Part shown: positions 34,395-45,496 of the stretch, piece after piece
Position numbering within the stretch: position 1 is the stretch's first letter
How the letters are laid out: each line of letters opens with the position of its first letter
Assembly (NCBI RefSeq): GCF_003334405.1
Contig: NZ_QOWM01000004.1
Reading direction: 5' to 3' (one strand)
Source: Escherichia coli
Lineage (GTDB): Bacteria; Pseudomonadota; Gammaproteobacteria; Enterobacterales; Enterobacteriaceae
Length of the DNA stretch: 64,000 bases
The notes under the pieces: model-generated
The model's input: the letters and a program-made list of their open reading frames with translations, nothing else
What the model was told of the DNA's origin: nothing
The model's database searches: none
Program-made: the position numbers and the translations under genes

Positions 34395-36047
34395 TTACGC
34401 GCTCAACAGTTGCTTCATGTCTTCTTCAACAGTGGTGATAGAACGCAGGCCGAATTTCTCGTTCAGCACCGCCAGCAGGTCTGGTGTCAGGAAACCAGGT
34501 GCAGTCGGGCCGGTGACGATATTTTTCACGCCCAGAGAAAGCAGCGTCAGCAGAATGACGATCGCTTTCTGTTCAAACCAGGAGAGCACCAGCGACAGCG
34601 GCAGATCGTTGACACCGCAGCCCAGTTTCTCTGCCAGAGTGACAGCCAGAATAATCGCTGAGTAAGCATCGTTACATTGACCTGCATCTACCAGACGCGG
34701 CAGACCTTCGATATCGCCAAACTCAAGTTTGTTAAAGCGATATTTACCACAGGCGAGGGTCAGGATCAGGCAGTCATCCGGCACGCTGGTGGCGAAATCG
34801 GTGAAGTAGTGGCGCTCGCCGCGTGCGCCGTCACAGCCACCAAGCAGGAAGATATGACGCAGTTTTTCACGGCTCACCAGATCAATCAGCGTATCAGCAG
34901 CGCCAAGCAGCGTCTGGCGACCAAAACCCACGGTGATAAGGTGCGGAATTTCGCTGTACGGGAAGCCTGCCATCTGTTGCGCCTGGGTGATAACCGCAGA
35001 GAAATCATCACCGTCCAGATGACGCACGCCAGGCCAGCCAACAATGCTGCGGGTCCAGATACGATCGTCATAAGCGCCTACGGTTGGGTCGATGATGCAG
35101 TTCGAGGTCATCACGATGGGGCCAGGGAAACGAGCGAACTCCACTTGCTGATTCTGCCAGCCGCTGCCGTAGTTACCGACCAGATGCTTGAATTTACGCA
35201 GCTCCGGGTAGCCATGCGCAGGCAGCATTTCGCCGTGGGTGTAGACATTAACGCCCGTGCCTTCGGTCTGTTCCAGCAGGTTGTAGAGATCTTTGAGATC
35301 GTGACCGGAAATCAGAATGCATTTACCCGCCGTCGCTTTGACGTTGACCTGGGTTGGCGTCGGGTGACCGTATTTACCGGTTTCGCCTGCATCCAGAATG
35401 CTCATCACTTTGAAGTTCATCTGGCCGATTTCCATTGAACACTCAAGAAGCGCGTTCATATCGGCAGGCCAGGTCCCCAGCCACGCCATGATTTTATGGT
35501 ACTGGGCATAAATATCGTTGTCGTATTGACCGAGAACATGCGCGTGTTCCATATAGGCCGCCGCACCTTTCAGGCCATACAGGCACAGCAGACGCAGGCC
35601 GAGAATGTTTTCGCCAATCGCCGCTTTATCTTTGTTAGGGGTAAATTCTGCTGCCTGACGTTGCAGCTCGCCGAGATCGTCGCTCACCAGTTGCAGGTCA
35701 GCCATCGGGTTATCGACGCGCGCGTTGGCATCTACAGCCAGGCATTGCGCTTTCAGCGCCTCGCGCAGGGCAATCGCTTCACGAGCGTAGCCGACAATAC
35801 GCGGAGAATCGAAGTTAACGTTGGTCAGGGTTGAGAAAAAGGCACGTGGCGCGAAGCTGTCAACATCGTGGTTGATGATGCCGTATTCACGCGCTTTTAC
35901 CGCCCAGGCAGAAAGCCCTTGCAGCGCCGCGATGAGTAAATCCTGAAGGTCAGAAGTTTCCGCCGTTTTACCACACATCCCCTGCGCGTATGAGCAGCCG
36001 TTTCCTGCCGGAGTACGGATAGTTTGTTCACATTGCACACAAAACAT
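34395..36047 (-). CDS. hcp: Hybrid-cluster protein Hcp (550 aa)
   Basis: Track ORF 34395..36053 trimmed to MFCVQCEQT...; N-terminal Cys motif. Confidence 0.92.
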
Positions 36048-36190
36048 GATCACACCTTTTAAAGTTATATTTAATATACATGTTTAAGGTTAAGACGCTT
36101 AACGCGGGGATAAAAGGGATTTTTCATGCAACTTTAAGGGAGATTGATTTAGCGCAATTTTGGCGGCAGGGATCTACCGCCAGAGAGGTA

Positions 36191-37090
36191 TTACGCAGAG
36201 AAAAAGGCGATGAGGATCGGCACTAACAGGCTAAGAATAAAACCGTGAACAATTGCCGCCGGGACCATATCCAGCCCGCCAGTACGTTGAAGAACGGGCA
36301 GGGTGAAATCCATTGATGTGGCACCGCATAAGCCCAGTGCAGTAGAGCGGCTGCGGCGAATCAGCCCAGGGATCAACATAATAGCAATCAGTTCACGGGC
36401 CAGATCATTAAAAAACGCCGCGCTCCCGATTACCGGACCAAAAGATTCGGTCAATAAAATACCGGAAAGAGAATACCAGCCGAAACCGGAGGCCATTGCC
36501 AGCGCGGTATTGATGGGGAGATCAAGAATAAAGGCGTTAATTAAACCACCAATTAATGAACTGACAACCACCACCACGGCGACAATCATTCCCCGGCGAT
36601 TAAGGACAATCTGCTTTAAGGTCATGCCATTATTGCGCAACTGAATACCAACGAGGAAAAGTAGCAAAATTAACGTGTATTCACTGGCTTCGGTCGCGTG
36701 TTGTAAGAAAGCCAGTCCACTTAGACCAATGGCAAAACCAATCACTACTACGCCGCACAGTTTTAGCGACTCCAGCGCCATCGCAATACGCGACGGGAGT
36801 TTTTCTTGCTGATGGTGGTTGCGCCACGGCAGGCCTCGCTCCAGCCACATCAGGGCGGCAATATTACACAGTAAAATAACGGTAATACTGACGGCAGAAT
36901 AATGCAGAATCGCCAACAGGTTACTGGCGAGGTTATCGAGAAACGCCAGACTGATACCCATAAAAAAGAGAATAAGGTAAACCATCCAGCTTAATAGCTG
37001 ATTAATAACTTTTAACGCAGCTTGTTGGCGAAGCGGAATGAGGTAACCCACAATCAGGGGAACCAGAATGATTAACAGCCCAGAAAACAT
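36191..37090 (-). CDS. lysO: Lysine exporter LysO/YbjE (299 aa)
   Basis: Track ORF 36191..37138 trimmed to MFSGLLIILVPLIVGYLIPL...; polytopic membrane protein. Confidence 0.85.
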   Translation of the reverse strand: MFSGLLIILVPLIVGYLIPLRQQAALKVINQLLSWMVYLILFFMGISLAFLDNLASNLLAILHYSAVSITVILLCNIAALMWLERGLPWRNHHQQEKLPSRIAMALESLKLCGVVVIGFAIGLSGLAFLQHATEASEYTLILLLFLVGIQLRNNGMTLKQIVLNRRGMIVAVVVVVSSLIGGLINAFILDLPINTALAMASGFGWYSLSGILLTESFGPVIGSAAFFNDLARELIAIMLIPGLIRRSRSTALGLCGATSMDFTLPVLQRTGGLDMVPAAIVHGFILSLLVPILIAFFSA

Positions 37091-37545
37091 GAAAACCCAG
37101 TCCTTGCAAAGATGAAGTCGAAATGCGCGATGACACACTACTGAAAGCGGAAGGACGAGTAAAGTTGCAATTAAAAGGAAATGTTATGCATAAGGAGCAG
37201 TAGAGTATTCGTTTTCATTTAAAGATATTCTTGCGCTTTAATTACAAACTGCACCGATGTTGGTGGCGTCAAAATCGCCGAGGCGTTCCCTGAAGGCCGG
37301 GGCAGCCCACATGGATGTGGGCTGAGGGCGCGTTTTACAGGGATGTTACCTCGCGCCCGACCCGGTAGCCGTAAGGGATAAGCCGAGGGCACCGCGCAGC
37401 GGCGATTTTGTTCGCCAGAGCCCGGGGGTGCAGGGGGCGGCGGCGATTGGCCGCCCCCTGCGCGCTCCTTGCGCCAGTGGCAATATGTTGCTTAGCTCAT
37501 GAAAGGAGCGCAACAAGATGATGAATCAACATATAACAACATCTT

Positions 37546-37574
37546 AAAAAAAGGCCTGACATTACGCCAGGCCT
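37546..37574 (-). terminator. Rho-independent terminator of aqpZ
   Basis: Minus strand: hairpin aggcctg...caggcct followed by ttttttt. Confidence 0.6.
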
Positions 37575-37584
37575 TCTGCGTTAA

Positions 37585-38280
37585 TTAATCACGCTTTTCC
37601 AGCAGGGTCCGGTAAATCAGACCACCGATAATGCCGCCGACAATTGGCACCACCCAGAAGAACCACAGTTGTTCTAATGCCCAGCCGCCCTGGAAGATAG
37701 CAACCGCGGTGCTGCGCGCCGGGTTAACAGAAGTGTTAGTCACCGGAATACTAATTAAGTGAATCAGGGTTAAGGCCAGACCAATAGCGATCGGCGCAAA
37801 ACCTGCCGGCGCGAATTTGTCGGTTGCGCCGTGGATCACCAACAGGAAACCTGCACTCAATACCAGTTCAACTACCAGCGCGGAAAGCATGGAATAACCG
37901 CCTGGTGAATGCTCGCCATAACCGTTAGAAGCAAAACCGCTGGCTGCCGCGTCAAAACCCGTTTTACCACTGGCAATTAAATACAGCAGCGCCGCTGCAA
38001 CAATACCGCCGACAACCTGGGCAATTACGTAGCCAACGACTTCTTTTGCCGGAAAACGTCCGCCAGCCCATAAACCAATAGTGACCGCCGGGTTAAAATG
38101 ACCACCAGAAATATGACCAACAGCAAAGGCCATCGTCAGAACGGTCAGACCGAACGCCAACGCCACGCCGGCAAAACCAATGCCTAATTCCGGGAAGCCT
38201 GCGGCCAGTACAGCACTACCACAGCCACCAAAAACAAGCCAGAAAGTACCAAAACATTCAGCTGCTAATTTTCTGAACAT
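37585..38280 (-). CDS. aqpZ: Aquaporin Z (231 aa)
   Basis: Track ORF 37585..38286 trimmed to [15 protein letters not shown]...; two NPA motifs. Confidence 0.93.
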   Translation of the reverse strand: MFRKLAAECFGTFWLVFGGCGSAVLAAGFPELGIGFAGVALAFGLTVLTMAFAVGHISGGHFNPAVTIGLWAGGRFPAKEVVGYVIAQVVGGIVAAALLYLIASGKTGFDAAASGFASNGYGEHSPGGYSMLSALVVELVLSAGFLLVIHGATDKFAPAGFAPIAIGLALTLIHLISIPVTNTSVNPARSTAVAIFQGGWALEQLWFFWVVPIVGGIIGGLIYRTLLEKRD

Positions 38281-38705
38281 ATCCACCTCAATTAAAAATT
38301 GACCCTGTGAAAAATATGGTCGTTTTATAGGGTCGTCGTAAAAAAGTGACGACGGAAATAATGCGCGGCTATTTTAAAAACGAAGGCGAGTCATTCACCA
38401 GATAAATAAATCCAGTAAATTTGATTTAGGGCAACAGCGGGTTGCCCCATATAGTCATTTGTCTGATTGACAGTGTAGTGCACGCAAAAGATTTAATCCT
38501 TTAGGCGTAATAAAAAATAATTTATCATGCTAATTATTTGATTTTGTTGTTTTTGCAGACTTATCAGCAAGAGGGAGTATAACGCGATTATTCGCTCATT
38601 TTTCAGACATTTGCCATGCTTAAATGTGATGTCATCACGTATTAGCAAGGCCTTTCCCGTTATACTGCCAGCGTAAAGGATAAGTCACATATTTCTGGAG
38701 GGGAT

Positions 38706-40364
38706 ATGATTCTTGAGCGCGTTGAAATTGTGGGTTTTCGCGGTATCAACCGTTTGTCGTTGATGCTGGAACAAAACAACGTCCTGATTGGGGAGAACGC
38801 GTGGGGTAAATCCAGCTTGCTGGACGCCTTAACTCTGCTGCTATCGCCAGAATCAGATCTCTACCATTTTGAGCGCGACGATTTCTGGTTCCCGCCGGGA
38901 GATATCAACGGGCGAGAACATCATCTGCATATTATTTTGACCTTCCGCGAATCGCTGCCAGGCCGACATCGGGTTCGCCGTTATCGGCCGCTGGAAGCGT
39001 GCTGGACGCCATGCACCGATGGCTATCACCGTATTTTTTATCGTCTGGAAGGGGAGAGTGCGGAAGACGGCAGCGTGATGACACTGCGCAGTTTTCTCGA
39101 TAAAGACGGACATCCGATTGATGTCGAGGATATTAACGATCAGGCACGCCATCTGGTGCGTTTAATGCCGGTGCTGCGCTTGCGTGATGCCCGTTTTATG
39201 CGCCGTATTCGTAACGGCACGGTGCCAAATGTCCCTAATGTGGAAGTCACCGCGCGCCAGCTCGATTTCCTCGCCCGTGAGTTATCCTCACATCCGCAAA
39301 ATCTCTCTGATGGGCAGATTCGTCAGGGACTTTCCGCAATGGTACAGCTGCTTGAGCATTATTTCTCTGAGCAGGGGGCCGGACAGGCGCGATATCGTTT
39401 AATGCGGCGGCGAGCCAGCAATGAGCAACGAAGCTGGCGCTATCTGGATATCATCAACCGGATGATTGACCGACCTGGTGGGCGCTCGTATCGGGTTATT
39501 TTGCTCGGCCTATTTGCTACTTTGTTGCAGGCAAAAGGCACATTGCGACTGGATAAAGACGCCCGTCCATTGTTGCTGATCGAAGATCCAGAAACCCGTT
39601 TACACCCCATTATGCTTTCAGTTGCCTGGCATCTGTTGAATCTTCTGCCATTGCAGCGCATTGCCACCACCAACTCGGGTGAGTTGCTTTCGTTAACGCC
39701 GGTAGAGCATGTTTGCCGACTGGTACGTGAGTCCTCGCGCGTTGCCGCCTGGCGTCTGGGGCCGAGTGGCTTGAGTACCGAAGATAGCCGACGCATATCC
39801 TTTCACATTCGTTTTAACCGTCCGTCATCGCTGTTTGCACGCTGCTGGTTGCTGGTGGAAGGGGAAACGGAAACCTGGGTTATCAATGAACTGGCGCGTC
39901 AGTGCGGACATCATTTTGATGCCGAAGGGATCAAGGTCATTGAGTTTGCCCAGTCCGGGCTAAAGCCACTGGTTAAATTTGCCCGCCGAATGGGGATTGA
40001 ATGGCATGTACTGGTCGATGGCGATGAAGCAGGGAAGAAATATGCCGCTACGGTACGCAGCCTGTTGAATAACGATCGGGAAGCCGAACGAGAACATTTA
40101 ACGGCGTTACCGGCGCTGGATATGGAACATTTTATGTATCGCCAGGGATTTTCCGATGTGTTCCACCGCATGGCGCAAATCCCGGAAAATGTACCGATGA
40201 ATCTACGCAAAATTATCTCGAAAGCGATCCATCGCTCTTCCAAACCCGATCTTGCCATTGAAGTGGCAATGGAGGCAGGACGTCGTGGTGTGGACTCCGT
40301 ACCGACGCTGCTGAAAAAAATGTTCTCACGCGTGCTGTGGCTGGCGCGCGGTCGCGCGGATTAA
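38706..40364 (+). CDS. ybjD: OLD-family ATP-dependent endonuclease YbjD (ATPase plus Toprim, 552 aa)
   Basis: Track ORF; Walker A GENAWGKSS, Walker-B-like LLLIEDPE, C-terminal Toprim-like motifs LVEGETE and LVDGDEAGKKY. Confidence 0.88.
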   Translation: MILERVEIVGFRGINRLSLMLEQNNVLIGENAWGKSSLLDALTLLLSPESDLYHFERDDFWFPPGDINGREHHLHIILTFRESLPGRHRVRRYRPLEACWTPCTDGYHRIFYRLEGESAEDGSVMTLRSFLDKDGHPIDVEDINDQARHLVRLMPVLRLRDARFMRRIRNGTVPNVPNVEVTARQLDFLARELSSHPQNLSDGQIRQGLSAMVQLLEHYFSEQGAGQARYRLMRRRASNEQRSWRYLDIINRMIDRPGGRSYRVILLGLFATLLQAKGTLRLDKDARPLLLIEDPETRLHPIMLSVAWHLLNLLPLQRIATTNSGELLSLTPVEHVCRLVRESSRVAAWRLGPSGLSTEDSRRISFHIRFNRPSSLFARCWLLVEGETETWVINELARQCGHHFDAEGIKVIEFAQSGLKPLVKFARRMGIEWHVLVDGDEAGKKYAATVRSLLNNDREAEREHLTALPALDMEHFMYRQGFSDVFHRMAQIPENVPMNLRKIISKAIHRSSKPDLAIEVAMEAGRRGVDSVPTLLKKMFSRVLWLARGRAD

Positions 40365-41353
40365 CCGCGAAACATCGTGGCCATTTGTGGCTGAATAGCG
40401 TCGAGCATCTCATAGCGCCGACGGTATTCAGCCCGTTTTTTACTGGCGATTTCGGCAATCTCTTTTCGTGCTATCTGTGCTGGAAGGCGGTAATGGCGTT
40501 CAGCATCACATACGCCGCCAACCGATTCCCAGAAAGCGTTGTAATCAGCGTGGATCTTGCCTTCTTTATCGCGATAACGCAGGCTGCGGTAAATATGCGT
40601 TTCATTGCTGACGGCAATAATCTGCTCTACCTGCAAACGTTGGGCAAACAGACAGGCCGCTTCCATCACGAGGCGTTTGGGAAATAGCCCGTGGCAGGCT
40701 TTCGTCGCATTCTGGATTTCCTGATGTGGAATTTCCCATTTTGCGCCTTGCAGTCCGCCAATAAACATCGTTCTTTTCCCCTGATATTCACACAGGGTAA
40801 ACGTGATCTCTGCCAGAGGAATACCTTCGCTGTTGCGGAACAGGATTGTGCTGTCACCTTCTTTATCCATTGAGATCATCATGGTCAGCTCAAGCGTGAA
40901 CTGCTCGCCGTTTTTGCCTTCCAGCTTCGCCAGTTGCAGCCCGGGGGTATTCAAATATAAGCTGAATTCTTCCGCCGACATACATTCGCGGAGTAACGCA
41001 TAATGGTAACGTAACGCCTCCAGCAATTGCTTACGGCTAAGATTCGCCGCAAGGTAAGGGCGATGCAGACGCACAGGCAGTCGCGGCTGGCGCGTTAACA
41101 ATACATTGAGATTAGGCCAGTGGGAAAGTTCGTTCATCCACTCAACGCTTAAACGCGGCATAATCAACGAGCGCAGCAAAAATTTCTGGCGAAAACTACG
41201 GCGATGCCAGAATTTACCCGGCCGACACTGTCCACGTGCCAGACTAAGAAAAAGTGACAGGCTGCTGAGAGATTCAGATGGCGTAAAGGTCCGTTCAGTT
41301 AGCTGCGACATATTCATGAAATCAATGGTTATACATGGCGTCGATTTCACCAT
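40361..41353 (-). CDS. ybjX: VirK-like protein YbjX (DUF535, 330 aa)
   Basis: Track ORF; converges on ybjD with a 4-nt overlap; synteny next to macAB. Confidence 0.85.
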   Translation of the reverse strand: MVKSTPCITIDFMNMSQLTERTFTPSESLSSLSLFLSLARGQCRPGKFWHRRSFRQKFLLRSLIMPRLSVEWMNELSHWPNLNVLLTRQPRLPVRLHRPYLAANLSRKQLLEALRYHYALLRECMSAEEFSLYLNTPGLQLAKLEGKNGEQFTLELTMMISMDKEGDSTILFRNSEGIPLAEITFTLCEYQGKRTMFIGGLQGAKWEIPHQEIQNATKACHGLFPKRLVMEAACLFAQRLQVEQIIAVSNETHIYRSLRYRDKEGKIHADYNAFWESVGGVCDAERHYRLPAQIARKEIAEIASKKRAEYRRRYEMLDAIQPQMATMFRG

Positions 41354-41467
41354 TGCGTATCTTAACCAAACATCAATAGTGTGATTACTAACGTAAATTT
41401 TAGGGTTTTGTTGATATTTCGTTGAAGTTAATGACCCGGATTGGCATATGGAGTATTCAGAAAATTT

Positions 41468-42583
41468 ATGAAAAAGCGGAAAACCGTGAAGAAGCGTTAC
41501 GTTATTGCGCTGGTGATAGTCATCGCCGGACTGATTACGTTATGGAGAATTCTTAACGCACCCGTGCCGACTTATCAGACGCTGATTGTGCGCCCCGGTG
41601 ATTTACAGCAAAGCGTGCTGGCGACCGGAAAGCTGGACGCGCTGCGTAAGGTTGATGTGGGCGCGCAGGTCAGCGGTCAGTTGAAAACTCTGTCGGTGGC
41701 GATTGGCGATAAAGTAAAAAAAGACCAGCTTTTAGGGGTTATTGATCCTGAACAGGCTGAAAACCAGATTAAGGAGGTCGAAGCAACGCTGATGGAGCTA
41801 CGTGCGCAGCGGCAGCAGGCGGAAGCGGAGCTGAAACTGGCGCGGGTGACGTATTCCCGTCAGCAACGTCTGGCACAAACGAAGGCTGTTTCACAGCAGG
41901 ATCTCGACACCGCCGCGACGGAGATGGCTGTGAAACAGGCGCAAATTGGCACCATTGACGCGCAAATCAAGCGCAATCAGGCTTCTCTCGATACGGCTAA
42001 AACCAATCTCGATTACACTCGCATCGTTGCCCCGATGGCCGGGGAAGTCACGCAAATCACCACTCTGCAAGGCCAGACGGTGATTGCCGCACAACAAGCA
42101 CCGAACATTCTGACGCTGGCAGATATGAGCACCATGCTGGTAAAAGCGCAGGTTTCTGAAGCGGATGTAATCCACCTGAAGCCGGGGCAAAAAGCCTGGT
42201 TTACGGTGCTTGGCGATCCACTGACGCGCTACGAGGGGCAAATCAAGGATGTACTACCGACGCCGGAAAAGGTTAACGACGCTATTTTCTATTACGCCCG
42301 TTTTGAAGTCCCCAACCCCAATGGTTTGCTGCGGCTGGATATGACTGCGCAAGTGCATATTCAGCTCACCGATGTGAAAAATGTGCTGACGATCCCTCTG
42401 TCGGCGTTAGGCGATCCGGTTGGCGATAATCGTTATAAAGTCAAATTGTTGCGTAATGGTGAAACACGCGAGCGTGAAGTGACGATTGGCGCACGTAACG
42501 ATACCGATGTTGAGATTGTCAAAGGGCTTGAAGCGGGCGATGAAGTGGTGATTGGTGAGGCCAAACCAGGAGCTGCACAATGA
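41468..42583 (+). CDS. macA: Macrolide efflux membrane-fusion protein MacA (371 aa)
   Basis: Track ORF 41441..42583 trimmed to [18 protein letters not shown]...; coiled-coil periplasmic adaptor. Confidence 0.9.
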   Translation: MKKRKTVKKRYVIALVIVIAGLITLWRILNAPVPTYQTLIVRPGDLQQSVLATGKLDALRKVDVGAQVSGQLKTLSVAIGDKVKKDQLLGVIDPEQAENQIKEVEATLMELRAQRQQAEAELKLARVTYSRQQRLAQTKAVSQQDLDTAATEMAVKQAQIGTIDAQIKRNQASLDTAKTNLDYTRIVAPMAGEVTQITTLQGQTVIAAQQAPNILTLADMSTMLVKAQVSEADVIHLKPGQKAWFTVLGDPLTRYEGQIKDVLPTPEKVNDAIFYYARFEVPNPNGLLRLDMTAQVHIQLTDVKNVLTIPLSALGDPVGDNRYKVKLLRNGETREREVTIGARNDTDVEIVKGLEAGDEVVIGEAKPGAAQ

Positions 42584-44526
42584 CGCCTTTGCTCGAATTA
42601 AAGGATATTCGTCGCAGCTATCCTGCCGGTGATGAGCAGGTTGAGGTGCTGAAGGGCATCAGCCTCGATATTTATGCGGGTGAGATGGTCGCGATTGTTG
42701 GCGCTTCGGGTTCCGGTAAATCGACCCTGATGAATATTCTCGGCTGTCTGGATAAGGCCACCAGCGGCACCTATCGCGTCGCCGGTCAGGATGTTGCCAC
42801 GCTGGACGCCGATGCGCTGGCGCAACTGCGCCGCGAGCATTTCGGCTTTATTTTCCAGCGTTACCATTTGCTTTCGCATTTAACCGCCGAGCAGAACGTT
42901 GAAGTACCCGCCGTCTATGCTGGTCTTGAGCGGAAACAGCGACTGCTTCGTGCCCAGGAGTTGCTGCAACGGCTGGGGCTGGAAGACCGTACAGAGTATT
43001 ATCCGGCACAGCTTTCGGGTGGTCAGCAACAGCGCGTCAGCATCGCGCGGGCATTGATGAACGGTGGTCAGGTAATTCTTGCCGATGAACCAACCGGCGC
43101 ACTGGACAGCCATTCTGGCGAAGAGGTGATGGCGATCCTGCATCAGCTGCGCGATCGTGGGCATACGGTGATTATCGTCACCCACGATCCGCAGGTCGCT
43201 GCTCAGGCCGAGCGGGTGATCGAAATTCGCGACGGCGAAATTGTGCGCAATCCTCCCGCCATTGAAAAAGTGAATGTTACTGGCGGGACGGAACCTGTTG
43301 TCAACACGGTGTCTGGCTGGCGGCAGTTTGTCAGCGGTTTTAACGAGGCGCTGACGATGGCATGGCGGGCGCTGGCAGCGAATAAAATGCGTACTTTACT
43401 GACCATGCTGGGGATTATTATCGGTATTGCGTCGGTGGTTTCCATTGTCGTGGTGGGTGACGCCGCCAAACAAATGGTGCTGGCGGATATTCGTTCTATT
43501 GGTACGAATACTATTGATGTCTATCCCGGGAAAGATTTTGGCGATGACGATCCGCAATATCAGCAGGCGCTGAAGTACGACGACTTAATCGCCATCCAAA
43601 AACAACCGTGGGTCGCCTCAGCCACACCTGCCGTCTCGCAAAACCTGCGCCTGCGTTATAACAATGTTGATGTTGCTGCCAGTGCCAATGGCGTGAGCGG
43701 CGATTATTTTAATGTCTATGGCATGACCTTCAGTGAAGGAAACACCTTTAATCAGGAGCAGCTGAACGGTCGTGCGCAGGTCGTGGTTCTCGACAGTAAT
43801 ACTCGCCGCCAGCTTTTCCCCCATAAAGCAGATGTGGTTGGCGAGGTGATTCTGGTCGGCAATATGCCCGCCAGAGTCATTGGTGTGGCGGAAGAAAAAC
43901 AGTCGATGTTTGGTAGCAGTAAAGTGCTGCGTGTCTGGCTACCTTACAGCACGATGTCCGGGCGAGTTATGGGCCAGTCGTGGCTTAACTCCATTACTGT
44001 CAGGGTGAAAGAAGGATTTGACAGCGCCGAGGCGGAACAGCAACTCACGCGTTTACTTTCACTGCGCCACGGAAAGAAGGATTTCTTTACCTGGAACATG
44101 GACGGCGTCTTGAAAACTGTTGAAAAGACCACACGTACTTTACAACTGTTTCTGACGCTGGTGGCGGTGATTTCGCTGGTGGTGGGCGGTATTGGTGTAA
44201 TGAATATTATGCTGGTGTCAGTGACCGAGCGGACGCGGGAAATTGGCATTCGCATGGCTGTAGGTGCGCGAGCAAGCGATGTTTTGCAACAGTTCCTGAT
44301 CGAAGCCGTACTGGTTTGCCTGGTCGGTGGCGCGTTGGGAATAACACTGTCACTGTTAATTGCTTTCACCTTGCAGCTTTTCTTACCCGGCTGGGAGATT
44401 GGTTTTTCACCGTTGGCGCTGCTGCTGGCGTTTCTCTGCTCGACGGTCACCGGGATTTTATTTGGCTGGTTACCCGCACGAAATGCGGCACGACTGGATC
44501 CAGTAGATGCTCTGGCACGAGAGTAA
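42580..44526 (+). CDS. macB: Macrolide efflux ABC transporter MacB (648 aa)
   Basis: Track ORF; ATGA overlap with macA; Walker [10 protein letters not shown], signature LSGGQQQR, C-terminal FtsX-like permease. Confidence 0.93.
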   Translation: MTPLLELKDIRRSYPAGDEQVEVLKGISLDIYAGEMVAIVGASGSGKSTLMNILGCLDKATSGTYRVAGQDVATLDADALAQLRREHFGFIFQRYHLLSHLTAEQNVEVPAVYAGLERKQRLLRAQELLQRLGLEDRTEYYPAQLSGGQQQRVSIARALMNGGQVILADEPTGALDSHSGEEVMAILHQLRDRGHTVIIVTHDPQVAAQAERVIEIRDGEIVRNPPAIEKVNVTGGTEPVVNTVSGWRQFVSGFNEALTMAWRALAANKMRTLLTMLGIIIGIASVVSIVVVGDAAKQMVLADIRSIGTNTIDVYPGKDFGDDDPQYQQALKYDDLIAIQKQPWVASATPAVSQNLRLRYNNVDVAASANGVSGDYFNVYGMTFSEGNTFNQEQLNGRAQVVVLDSNTRRQLFPHKADVVGEVILVGNMPARVIGVAEEKQSMFGSSKVLRVWLPYSTMSGRVMGQSWLNSITVRVKEGFDSAEAEQQLTRLLSLRHGKKDFFTWNMDGVLKTVEKTTRTLQLFLTLVAVISLVVGGIGVMNIMLVSVTERTREIGIRMAVGARASDVLQQFLIEAVLVCLVGGALGITLSLLIAFTLQLFLPGWEIGFSPLALLLAFLCSTVTGILFGWLPARNAARLDPVDALARE

Positions 44527-44535
44527 TTTTTGAGA

Positions 44536-44566
44536 TAAAAATGCCAGCCGATCGGGCTGGCATTTT
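44536..44566. terminator. Bidirectional terminator between macB and cspD
   Basis: aaaaatgccagcc / ggctggcatttt stem (12 bp) with A and T tracts on either side. Confidence 0.65.
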
Positions 44567-44598
44567 GCCTTTAGGATGTACACAATGAGACAGAAGAG

Positions 44599-44823
44599 CT
44601 ATGCGACTGCCGCTTCTACTTCGACGGGCACAATAACACTGGCGTGATTGCCTTTTGGCCCCTGGTGGACATCAAACTGAACGGATTGTCCAGCTTTTAG
44701 CGTTCTGTAACCATCCATCTGAATGGTGGAATAATGAGCGAAAATATCTTCGCCGCCGCCTTCAGGGCAGATGAAACCAAACCCTTTGGCATTGTTGAAC
44801 CACTTAACAGTACCCTTTTCCAT
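44599..44823 (-). CDS. cspD: Stationary-phase cold-shock-domain protein CspD (74 aa)
   Basis: Track ORF 44599..44853 trimmed to MEKGTVKWFNNAKGFGFI... (cold-shock RNP motifs). Confidence 0.9.
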   Translation of the reverse strand: MEKGTVKWFNNAKGFGFICPEGGGEDIFAHYSTIQMDGYRTLKAGQSVQFDVHQGPKGNHASVIVPVEVEAAVA

Positions 44824-45145
44824 GCTTCGACATCCTTCGCAAATCTTATACAAGTAAGATGGAATAAACCGGGGTCAGAGAGGGGGCTGTTCAAAACCTC
44901 GCCAACTCTAGAAATACAATTTAGAGAATTAGGGCGAGCCGTCAAGCATTTGACAGGGGACAAGGGGCAGGTATGAATCAAAAATTTGAAGCAGTTAACG
45001 CTATTGACAGGAATGTGACAGATGTCGCTGATGCCAACGATAGATGATAGTTATCTATCATGTGGAGTAGATTGGTCAGGCAAATAAGCTCTTGTCAGCG
45101 GCAGGGCGTTCTGCCGATAACCGTAACCGAAGATGATAACTGACA

Positions 45146-45466
45146 ATGGGTAAAACGAACGACTGGCTGGACTTTGATCAACTGGCGGAAGAAAAAGTTC
45201 GCGACGCGCTAAAACCGCCATCTATGTATAAAGTGATATTAGTCAATGATGATTACACTCCGATGGAGTTTGTTATTGACGTGTTACAAAAATTCTTTTC
45301 TTATGATGTAGAACGTGCAACGCAATTGATGCTCGCTGTTCACTACCAGGGGAAGGCCATTTGCGGAGTCTTTACCGCCGAGGTTGCAGAAACCAAAGTG
45401 GCGATGGTGAACAAGTACGCGAGGGAGAATGAGCATCCATTGCTGTGTACGCTAGAAAAAGCCTGA
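45146..45466 (+). CDS. clpS: ClpA adaptor ClpS (106 aa)
   Basis: Track ORF; recognised protein. Confidence 0.93.
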
Positions 45467-45496
45467 ATGCAGGCATAAAAATTGGGGGAGGTGCCT

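Noticed and set aside
37139-37584. Coding potential of the ybjE-aqpZ intergenic GC-rich block
   Set aside because: No ORF above the track threshold with a credible start on either strand; treated as a non-coding structured element (see findings) rather than a CDS or pseudogene.
41354-41467. PhoP box upstream of macA
   Set aside because: Only a weak resemblance (ggttttgttgatatttc) to the direct-repeat PhoP consensus; too degenerate to report as a feature without scoring.
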